Origin: an uncultured Candidatus Saccharibacteria bacterium
GTDB lineage: Bacteria > Patescibacteriota > Doudnabacteria > UBA920
Assembly (NCBI GenBank): GCA_964631145.1
Contig: CAZVXT010000002.1
Location: forward strand, 1,140-65,139
Length of the DNA stretch: 64,000 nucleotides
Direction: 5' to 3'
Of this stretch, positions 1 to 7,067 are shown in pieces. A program made the translations under genes and the position numbers. Numbering within the stretch: position 1 is the stretch's first letter; each line of letters begins with the position of its first letter. The notes under the pieces were generated by a model. That model saw nothing but the letters and a program-made list of their open reading frames with translations. It was not told the origin of the DNA and made no database searches.

Positions 1-274
1 CAATACCAGAAATTTCTTTAGCCGCATCACAAAAACGTGCGTAATCTGCCTCCTCCGCTGTGTTTGTAGGTCTTTTTGAGAGGTCAGTTGTTCTAATAAC
101 CATCAATGATTTATTTGGAGCGTATTGATCAAGTAATTTCAAAATCCCTACAATTCGTTTTGAATCATATCGGTTGTGTTGCGAGAAATGAAGTCCTCGA
201 TACTTATCGTCAGAGATTCTTTTTGTAATAAACTCTAACGCTTTATTTCCTTGGTTAATATCAATTAATGCCAT
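1..274 (-). CDS. Type IIS restriction endonuclease, MboII-like (N-terminal part, truncated by window edge)
   Basis: Manual translation from ATG 274: MALIDINQGNKALEFITKRISDDKYRGLHFSQHNRYD...IRTTDLSKRP..., closely matching the remembered R.MboII N-terminus (YRGIHLSQHNRYD, IRTTDISKRP); overlaps the MTase stop. Confidence 0.85.
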   Translation of the reverse strand, partial: MALIDINQGNKALEFITKRISDDKYRGLHFSQHNRYDSKRIVGILKLLDQYAPNKSLMVIRTTDLSKRPTNTAEEADYARFCDAAKEISGI

Positions 275-1043
275 ATTCTTTGAGATTCTTTTTTGATAAT
301 TCTACATATTTTTTATCCATGTCTGAACACAGATAATTTCTTTGTAACCTGTTGGCGGCTACAGCAGTAGTACCACTTCCAACAAAACAATCCATAACCA
401 GGTCTCCTTTTTTTGAACTTGCCTTAATAATCCTTTCAACTAGGTCAAGAGGTTTTGGTGTTAAGTGACCCATCTTTTGTGTTTTACCGTTTACCTTTCT
501 TTTATGTCTTTCACTTGTTATGTGCCATACCTCGCCACAAAAACGACCCTCAGGGTTCGGAAACCATCTTTTACCATTTTTTAATATGCCTTTTTCTGCG
601 GCGTGTTGCATTCTTTCTGTCGATTCGTAAGGTATTCGAATATCGTTGTAGTTGAAAGTGTGCTTATTTGATTTTGTAAAAAAAAGTATTGTCTCCTGAC
701 CATTACTATATTTTTTCTTTGAAGCGCCCATACCGTCACGTTTATCCCAAGTTATCCAATTTTGAAATACCATTTTTTTTGAAACTAGATACTGCAAAAT
801 AAAAGCAGAGTTGTACGGCGTATTAAATACGTACAAACTTCCATTACTTTTTAATTTATCAATAACCAAATCAAGCCATGCGTAGGTAAAATCCAAAAAT
901 TCCTTTTGAGACCTGAAAGTATCCCAATCAGCCTTATGCATATTATAAGGTGGGTCAATTACAGCAAGATCAATAGAATTATTATCAACCTTTTTAAGGA
1001 AGTCGAAACAGTCTAGGTTGTAGATTTTATTAATTTCTAGCAT
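261..1043 (-). CDS. N6-adenine DNA methyltransferase, beta class, M1.MboII-like
   Basis: DPPY motif precedes DCFVGSGTT; MLEINKI, QNWITWDKRDG and GILKNGKRWFPNP match remembered M1.MboII. Confidence 0.93.
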   Translation of the reverse strand: MLEINKIYNLDCFDFLKKVDNNSIDLAVIDPPYNMHKADWDTFRSQKEFLDFTYAWLDLVIDKLKSNGSLYVFNTPYNSAFILQYLVSKKMVFQNWITWDKRDGMGASKKKYSNGQETILFFTKSNKHTFNYNDIRIPYESTERMQHAAEKGILKNGKRWFPNPEGRFCGEVWHITSERHKRKVNGKTQKMGHLTPKPLDLVERIIKASSKKGDLVMDCFVGSGTTAVAANRLQRNYLCSDMDKKYVELSKKNLKEYGIN

Positions 1044-1045
1044 AA

Positions 1046-1876
1046 CTAGTCTTTTAATTTTAACTTAATAACCCTTTCATAACTTTTTGATATTTCGTAA
1101 CCTACATACTTTCTCCCTAACTCCTTTGCAACTTTAAGTGTAGTGCCTGAACCAGCAAATGGGTCCAAAACCGTTTCGCCAAAAAAAGTAAATAGTTTTA
1201 CACATCTCCTAACTATTTCCTCAGGCATAATTGCTGAGTGTTCTCCGAAAGCAATATCTCCCTTACCAGGGATCGGGATGTTCCATATTTGTTTCGTAAG
1301 TTCAACCCATTCTTTTTGAGTCAATTTACTTTTTTCTTTTATGTCTTTTGGAACATTATTTTCTGGTTGTCCATCTTTAACAAACACGGTAATAAACTCA
1401 ATTGTATTTTGGGCATAAAAATTACGTGGATATGGATAACTTCCAAACATTAACTTCTTTGAGGGATTGGTTCTATTCCAAATGTATACATCCATCAAAA
1501 AAAGACCTGTACCGTTCAAAATTGAATGTTCAATATCACTATTAATATTAAAAATATGTCTGTTGTAGTGAGTAATTAAATTCTTTTTTAACATCGGCAT
1601 TAACGGAGTATTAACAATTAATTTTCCGTTTGGCTTCAACACTCTTTCACACTCTTTCCAAACCGCTAACATTTCTTTAATATATTTTGAATAGTCAGAA
1701 ATATCTCCAATTTGTCCCTTGGCTTTTGCTGCTTGTTTTTTTTCTTGACGACCATCGAGAGAATAGTCTTTGATATTAAAATACGGTGGACTAGTTACGA
1801 TCAATTGCACAGAGTTATCAGGTAACTCCTTCATGTTTCTCGCATCCTTAAAAAATACTTTGTTGTTATATTCCAT
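1046..1876 (-). CDS. N4-cytosine DNA methyltransferase, beta class, M2.MboII-like
   Basis: TSPPY and DPFAGSGTT motifs; second MTase as expected for an asymmetric type IIS site. Confidence 0.88.
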   Translation of the reverse strand: MEYNNKVFFKDARNMKELPDNSVQLIVTSPPYFNIKDYSLDGRQEKKQAAKAKGQIGDISDYSKYIKEMLAVWKECERVLKPNGKLIVNTPLMPMLKKNLITHYNRHIFNINSDIEHSILNGTGLFLMDVYIWNRTNPSKKLMFGSYPYPRNFYAQNTIEFITVFVKDGQPENNVPKDIKEKSKLTQKEWVELTKQIWNIPIPGKGDIAFGEHSAIMPEEIVRRCVKLFTFFGETVLDPFAGSGTTLKVAKELGRKYVGYEISKSYERVIKLKLKD

Positions 1877-1880
1877 AAAA

Positions 1881-2087
1881 TTATTTTTTCAATTGCTTTT
1901 TTGCAATTTTCACATTTGAGGTTATTTGCAAAAAAATCTCAAGGTCTTTTTCATTAATTCTCCAATAGCCGACCTTTGATGCTTTTAATTTGCCCTCATG
2001 AATGTAGCGAAATACAGAGCGTTCACTAACACGGAGAACCTCTGCAACTTCTTTTGTATTAAGAAATTTTGTAGTCATATTTTTCAT
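1881..2087 (-). CDS. Excisionase-like (HTH_17) DNA-binding protein, probable R-M operon regulator or recombination directionality factor
   Basis: FLNTKEVAEVLRVSERSVFRYIHEGKLKASKVGYWRI; start moved to ATG 2087, which follows GGAGGA. Confidence 0.8.
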   Translation of the reverse strand: MKNMTTKFLNTKEVAEVLRVSERSVFRYIHEGKLKASKVGYWRINEKDLEIFLQITSNVKIAKKQLKK

Positions 2088-2150
2088 TTGGTCTCCTCCT
2101 TCCATTTTAACTTTTATGAAAACATATGTCAAAGTGTGTCATATTGTTTC

Positions 2151-2179
2151 TTGATTAAATAATACGGTGGAGTTATAAT
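2151..2179 (+). promoter_or_regulatory. Sigma70 promoter
   Basis: TTGATT (2151-2156), 17 bp, TATAAT (2174-2179); predicted start ~2185 coincides with the 5' end of a structured RNA. Confidence 0.75.
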
Positions 2180-2185
2180 AAATAT

Positions 2186-2340
2186 GCTACCCATAGAAAT
2201 TATCGTACCCGCATAGGGCAGACGCACGTTTTTTGTGTCCAACATAGTTGTGACCAAAGACGGGCAACTGTCCCTGCCACAACTACGCCCTTGCGGCGAT
2301 AGTCTCTGTGGGTAGCCAGGTCAACGGTTGCCCCTTTTTT
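2186..2340 (+). ncRNA. Multi-stem structured RNA or attenuator leader (C4-antisense-like, tentative)
   Basis: 20-bp closing stem 2186-2205/2297-2316; inner CCGCA.AGGGC/GCCCTTGCGG and TAGTTGTG/CACAACTA stems; GCAA tetraloop hairpin; U-tract at 2335-2340. Confidence 0.7.
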
Positions 2341-2396
2341 GTAATTAGTTAGGCGTACCGATAACTTGATTAATAATTAAAGTTATTCAAACGTCT

Positions 2397-2900
2397 ATGA
2401 AAAATATAATAAAAAATTTGGCGATTACATTTTTATTTGTCGCCATTATGTATGTTTTGTTTGCCTTTGAGAAAGACCTACTTCTTAAAATCGTATTTAT
2501 TTTATTCTTGATTTTTGTTGCAGATTGGATTTGGAGGGTTGTACAAAAAGAACGCATAAAAAATCCTGATTACGTTGCAAAACAGGTAGCAAAAAGTCTC
2601 AAAAAATGGAGAGAGGATGCTAAGTTTTGGATTGATAGACAGAACCCTGAATATATTCAAGCCAACAACCAATTTAATGAATTTGAATCAATATATTTCA
2701 AACTTTGGGAAAAGTTCCTTCATGACAAAAATAAACGACTTGAAATAGTTAGAGACTGGGCAACCTTTATCGAATCGCAGTTAAAAGCATTGGCTATTAA
2801 CTCAGACGACATAGATCCTGAATCAAAAAAGAAGTATGGCTATTTGCAAATAAGGATTGAGGAAATAAAAAAGCGTTTTGATAAGTTGAATAAGGAATAA
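2397..2900 (+). CDS. Hypothetical membrane protein (two N-terminal TM helices)
   Basis: 167-aa ORF with hydrophobic N-terminus, downstream of the structured leader. Confidence 0.7.
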   Translation: MKNIIKNLAITFLFVAIMYVLFAFEKDLLLKIVFILFLIFVADWIWRVVQKERIKNPDYVAKQVAKSLKKWREDAKFWIDRQNPEYIQANNQFNEFESIYFKLWEKFLHDKNKRLEIVRDWATFIESQLKALAINSDDIDPESKKKYGYLQIRIEEIKKRFDKLNKE

Positions 2901-2917
2901 TTTGCCCCAGGGCAAAT
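2900..2917. promoter_or_regulatory. Palindromic operator-like site
   Basis: ATTTGCCC-CA-GGGCAAAT; the 14-bp core recurs exactly at 5063-5076. Confidence 0.5.
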
Positions 2918-2956
2918 GTTCGATAAATACTACGTAAAATAGTAAAATGAAGTGAT

Positions 2957-3841
2957 ATGGGTGCAGATTTAACCAAACCTAAATTAACCATTGCCGAAGT
3001 TTCTATGGGTTATACAAAACCTGTGGACCGTTCGGATCGAATGCTTATTGACCTTAAGCGTCTTTTGATTTTATTAAAAGATGAATCATTTTTTAACACG
3101 ATAGATAATTTGTGGTCAAAATTAAAACTCCCTGAGTTGGCGGCCCAGGAGGACTTGGAAAACAAAGGATTAGTAACCCTACCACATCGAGTTGGTATTA
3201 ATTCAAAATACTTAAATTCTATTTCAGTAGATGCTAGAGAGACGATCGAAAAAGAAGTTTATTCAAAAGTACTAAAGAAGTATGAATTGAGTTTTAATTT
3301 TTATCCTTTTATTGAATTTTATTTACTTTATCACTCACTCCTGAGGTTAAGAGAACCTATTTCGCCAGTACAGCCAAATCCCAAAATGTATAACCTATAC
3401 AAGAAATATCCTCTTGAGTTTTTAAGGAATCCTCACACGACAAGCGATATCAATTTTTTCATAATGAAAGCAAAAACAGCAATGTCTTTACATAAATACA
3501 AAGCAGATAAAGACGACCTTTCGCTATTGCGAGATTTGAAAACTATTCTACAAATTAACAAAAACAAAGAACGTGGCGGTAGTATTGAAAAAATAAATAA
3601 ATTCTTAATAGCCTTAAAATCTATCGAAGTTCATGGTAAGGAAATCGGTAGAGATTGTGATGGTAGAAAAGTCATAAACACATATGCAATGCTATCGGCA
3701 GATTTTATTCCATTGGATTTTGAACTGATACCAGGTAACAACCTTTCAATTTTTAAGAAAAAGCAAAAACTAGAATCTGATAACTTAAGAAAAGCAATAC
3801 AAAGAGCAGAAAAGTTAAAGAATAAATTACTAAAAAATTAA
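2957..3841 (+). CDS. Hypothetical protein
   Basis: 294-aa ORF followed by a terminator; no family recognised. Confidence 0.7.
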   Translation: MGADLTKPKLTIAEVSMGYTKPVDRSDRMLIDLKRLLILLKDESFFNTIDNLWSKLKLPELAAQEDLENKGLVTLPHRVGINSKYLNSISVDARETIEKEVYSKVLKKYELSFNFYPFIEFYLLYHSLLRLREPISPVQPNPKMYNLYKKYPLEFLRNPHTTSDINFFIMKAKTAMSLHKYKADKDDLSLLRDLKTILQINKNKERGGSIEKINKFLIALKSIEVHGKEIGRDCDGRKVINTYAMLSADFIPLDFELIPGNNLSIFKKKQKLESDNLRKAIQRAEKLKNKLLKN

Positions 3842-3871
3842 GTTCCACTTAGCGAATGAGCCGCTTGATAT

Positions 3872-3898
3872 AACTCCAGTATGAGACTGGAGTTTTTT
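3872..3898 (+). terminator. Rho-independent terminator
   Basis: AACTCCAGT-loop-ACTGGAGTT followed by a T run. Confidence 0.75.
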
Positions 3899-3914
3899 CT
3901 TGTCTCAAGACGTC

Positions 3915-4005
3915 GGGTGCAAAGTGGATCTATTCCACTTCCGAGAAAAGGTCAACTGCACCCTGATCTCTATCGGAAGTGAAATAGGTCCATTTTCTAT
4001 TTCAC
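3915..4005 (+). promoter_or_regulatory. Structured leader with mutually exclusive folds, upstream of the rep-like operon
   Basis: 23-bp imperfect stem 3922-3944/3973-3995 competes with hairpins AAGTGGA/TCCACTT and GTGAAATAG/CTATTTCAC; GGGTGCA/TGCACCC pairing also present. Confidence 0.55.
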
Positions 4006-4032
4006 CCAAATGACTAAAAGGTCGAAAAACAT

Positions 4033-4227
4033 ATGGTAAGCGATAAAGCACTACAAGAACTAAAAGAAGTATTCCAATTGGAAAAAGGATACATTCCTGA
4101 GGAAAAGGAATTAGTGCTTTATGCTACCAAATTATTAACCCTAATGGACCATGTCTTTAAGCCAATAAAAAAGGACTGGGTGCAGAAACATGAACAACAA
4201 CAAACAGGAAATAAAACCGAACCGTGA
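4033..4227 (+). CDS. Small hypothetical protein overlapping the rep-like gene
   Basis: 64-aa ORF preceded by AAAGG; overlaps the next gene by 38 nt. Confidence 0.6.
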   Translation: MVSDKALQELKEVFQLEKGYIPEEKELVLYATKLLTLMDHVFKPIKKDWVQKHEQQQTGNKTEP

Positions 4228-4726
4228 TAAGCCTGGATACTCAGGTGGTAACACTTGGATTGATAGATTTGAAAGAAAAACTTTCAATGCAAGCGAATCA
4301 TACAAAAGGTTTGATAAATCCATTCTAAGAAAAAAAGATAAAGCTACTCGATTATTCATTGATAATGAATTTATTGAAAAAGGATATCTTGCTGCTTTAC
4401 CTCATCAAACAATATCCGTGTACATGGCACTTATTAAGCACTGCAACACTAAAACCCAAACAGCATTCCCTTCACATAAAACCCTACAAAGACTAGCTGG
4501 GATAAAAAACAAAAATTCACTGATTGCTAGCATCTCAATTCTTGAGGATCTGAACATAATTAAAGTCATAAGAAGTAAAGGAGGTGTGAATTGTTCGAAT
4601 CACTATGGGTTTGTAAATTCTGATTATTGGATAGGGATTAATCCTGCATATCGGTTCAAAAAATTCAGAATCAAACAGTATCAAAATAATAAAGATGAGT
4701 ATCAAAAAGATGATAGCAATGAGTAA
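4190..4726 (+). CDS. Winged-HTH (HTH_36-like) replication-initiator-like protein
   Basis: VYMALIKHCN...AFPSHKTLQRLAG...I..LEDLNIIKV is typical of phage/ICE replisome-organiser N-terminal domains. Confidence 0.7.
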   Translation: MNNNKQEIKPNRDKPGYSGGNTWIDRFERKTFNASESYKRFDKSILRKKDKATRLFIDNEFIEKGYLAALPHQTISVYMALIKHCNTKTQTAFPSHKTLQRLAGIKNKNSLIASISILEDLNIIKVIRSKGGVNCSNHYGFVNSDYWIGINPAYRFKKFRIKQYQNNKDEYQKDDSNE

Positions 4727-4797
4727 CAAAATTGATACTCTAACTAACCTAATGAAACTAACCGATTTAACTAACCGAAGTGCAAAAAATTTGCACT
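4677..4797. repeat. Iteron-like repeat cluster (putative origin)
   Basis: AGTA(T/A)CAAAA x3, including the palindrome GAGTAACAA-AA-TTGATACTC; AACTAACC x3; inverted repeat AGTGCAAA..TTTGCACT. Confidence 0.5.
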
Positions 4798-4810
4798 GTT
4801 TGGGAAAAAT

Positions 4811-5059
4811 ATGAGACCCAAATGGCTAGAGGAATATCAGAATAGAATCCTTAAAAAGTTCGAGTATCGAAACTTGAATGGAACTTTTGCTAAGGGAAAC
4901 CCAGGAGGTCCTGGCAGACCAAGAGTTGATTTCCTTAAGCGTGCTGGAATTTACCGCAAAGTACCTCTTGAGCATATGTCTCCTGAAATGAGAGAGATAT
5001 CACTTAGAGCAGAACGTGGTGATTACAAGGCACTCAAAATTATTAAAGACTCGTTGTAA
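4811..5059 (+). CDS. Small basic protein with a DUF5681/terminase-small-subunit-like motif
   Basis: GTFAKGNPGGPGRP motif. Confidence 0.55.
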   Translation: MRPKWLEEYQNRILKKFEYRNLNGTFAKGNPGGPGRPRVDFLKRAGIYRKVPLEHMSPEMREISLRAERGDYKALKIIKDSL

Positions 5060-5062
5060 AAA

Positions 5063-5143
5063 TTGCCCCAGGGCAACAAATAAACCGAGAAAACCGACAA
5101 ATTCATTCCCCCAAGGAAATCAAAATTTGTTCCCAGGAACAAA
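5063..5143. promoter_or_regulatory. Cluster of palindromic operator-like sites upstream of the integrase
   Basis: TTGCCC-CA-GGGCAA (5063-5076), degenerate ATTCCCC-CA-AGGAAAT (5105-5120), TTTGTTCC-CA-GGAACAAA (5126-5143). Confidence 0.5.
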
Positions 5144-5247
5144 AATAAACGGTGAAAACGGACAAAATCACACAAAAGTCACTGGAGTTATGCCAATCCA
5201 CTAGACTTCTATTAAAAATTAAGGCATGTTCGTAATAAGAAAACCCT

Positions 5248-6909
5248 ATGAAAAACCCACAAGATAACACAATCAAATACTTTATTTACGCCCGTAAGTC
5301 GAGCGAGGATAAAGAAAAGCAGGTCGCCTCAATTGGTGACCAATTAGAAGTACTAAACAAGGTCGCAAAGCAAAACAAATTAAACATAGTAGAAATTTAT
5401 GAGGAATCACAATCAGCCAAAGAACCAGGCAGACCACAGTTCAATACCATGCTCGCACGAATTGCTAAAGGCGATGCTAATGGGATACTTTGTTGGAAAC
5501 TTGATCGGTTGGCTCGCAATCCTCTTGATGGTGGGCAAATAAACTGGATGGTGCAGAAAGGCATAATTCAAATTATTAAAACCAACGAGAGAGACTACTT
5601 CCCAAGCGATAACGTTCTCATGATGCAAGTTGAGCTAGGAATGGCGAACCAATACTTGCGAGACCTTTCAACTAACGTAAAGAGAGGTTTAGCAAAAAAG
5701 ATACGAGACGGCTGGCTACCAAGTCTTGCACCGATCGGATACTTAAACGATAGAACTAACGAAAAAGGAAACCGTACAATAATGAAAGACCCCGAAAGGT
5801 TTGATATTGTAAGGAGAATTTGGGACCTTGCACTTACTGGAACTTATACAGTCCCACAGTTATGGGAAATAGCCTACAGGGATTTAGGGCTAAGAACAGT
5901 TCAAAGAAAAAACAGTGGTGGTAGACCAATATCAAAAAGCGGAATGTACTCACTACTAACAAACCCTTTTTATTACGGAATGATTCGCTATCCTGAAAAG
6001 ACTGGCGAATTAAACCAGGGCAAACACGAACCAATGATAACGGTCCAAGAATTCGAGCGTGTTCAAGAGATAATGGGCAAACGTGATGCAATACGACCAC
6101 AAAAAGAAACCTTTGCTTTTACAGGGCTAATGAAGTGCGGAAGCTGTGGTTGCTCGATAACTGCCGAGAGTAAAGTAAAGAAATGCAAAAACGGGAATAG
6201 TCACTACTACACGTACTACCACTGCACTAAAAAGAAAGTAGACATTAAATGCGAGGAAAAGTGCGTTGAGGTTAGAAAGTTAGAAGTTATGTTCAAAGAG
6301 AAACTCGCAGATTTACAGATATCAGACGCTTTCAAAGCCTGGGCAATAAAACACTTGCATGAAGTAAGGACCGTGGAAGCAGACAGTAACAAAGTTGCGG
6401 TGAGCGCAGCCTCAAAGGAATTAACCAGCGTATTGGACCAAATACGAGCGTTATCACTTAACTACATGTCTCCGCAAAACATAAACAGATCAATAATGAC
6501 TGAGAGTGAATACCTTGAAATCAAAAACGATTTATTAAAAAAGAAAGGTGCTGCTGAGAATAGAGTTCAATCAACATCAAATGAATTAGAGTCATGGATG
6601 GAATTAAGTGAAAAAACTTTTAACCTCGCATACTATGCAAGCGTTTGGTTTGAAAATGGAACGAATGAGCAACGTAAAGCAATAATGTCTTGTTTAGGCT
6701 CGAACCTCACACTAAAAGACGGAAAAGTCCAACTATACCTGCATCCTTTCCTAGAAACGCTAATTGAAAACAAAAAATCAGTGAGTGTTGAAACGGTCCA
6801 CGCTCGAACCTCCAAAAAGTCAATGATACAAACACAAAACGCCGCTTTCGGCGACGTTTGTACTACTTGGCTCGGGAGCTGGGATTCGAACCCAGGACCG
6901 ATCGGTTAA
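5248..6909 (+). CDS. Large serine recombinase (integrase)
   Basis: YARKSS catalytic motif, KLDRLARN, recombinase domain, zinc ribbon (CGSCG...YYHC...C) and coiled coil. Confidence 0.95.
   Translation: MKNPQDNTIKYFIYARKSSEDKEKQVASIGDQLEVLNKVAKQNKLNIVEIYEESQSAKEPGRPQFNTMLARIAKGDANGILCWKLDRLARNPLDGGQINWMVQKGIIQIIKTNERDYFPSDNVLMMQVELGMANQYLRDLSTNVKRGLAKKIRDGWLPSLAPIGYLNDRTNEKGNRTIMKDPERFDIVRRIWDLALTGTYTVPQLWEIAYRDLGLRTVQRKNSGGRPISKSGMYSLLTNPFYYGMIRYPEKTGELNQGKHEPMITVQEFERVQEIMGKRDAIRPQKETFAFTGLMKCGSCGCSITAESKVKKCKNGNSHYYTYYHCTKKKVDIKCEEKCVEVRKLEVMFKEKLADLQISDAFKAWAIKHLHEVRTVEADSNKVAVSAASKELTSVLDQIRALSLNYMSPQNINRSIMTESEYLEIKNDLLKKKGAAENRVQSTSNELESWMELSEKTFNLAYYASVWFENGTNEQRKAIMSCLGSNLTLKDGKVQLYLHPFLETLIENKKSVSVETVHARTSKKSMIQTQNAAFGDVCTTWLGSWDSNPGPIG
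6830..6853 (-). terminator. Terminator downstream of tRNA-Asn, embedded in the integrase gene
   Basis: Minus strand CGCCG-AAAG-CGGCG-TTTTGTGTTT. Confidence 0.6.
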
Positions 6910-6942
6910 CAGCCGATAGCTCTACCGCTGAGCTACTCCCGA
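6868..6942 (-). tRNA. tRNA-Asn (GTT)
   Basis: Acceptor stem TCGGGAG/CTCCCGA + GCCA, D arm GCTCAGCGGTAGAGC, anticodon arm ATCGG-CTGTTAA-CCGAT, T loop TTCGAAT. Confidence 0.97.
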
Positions 6943-7067
6943 ATATTCAATTTTTTGATCCTTATTATATTACCAAACCTTTATATATTTTTCAATCCCT
7001 GTTTTAACATATGTAAAAAGTCAAATAAATGATATAATTATAATACAAAAAACAGTGTTGTATCGAA

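Larger units (their letters stand above)
1..6880. mobile_element. Integrative element (genomic island, possibly satellite-like) at the 3' end of tRNA-Asn; far end outside the window
   Basis: Large serine recombinase runs into the tRNA; cargo is an R-M system, Xis-like HTH, rep-like HTH protein and orphans. Exact att boundary not determined. Confidence 0.85.
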
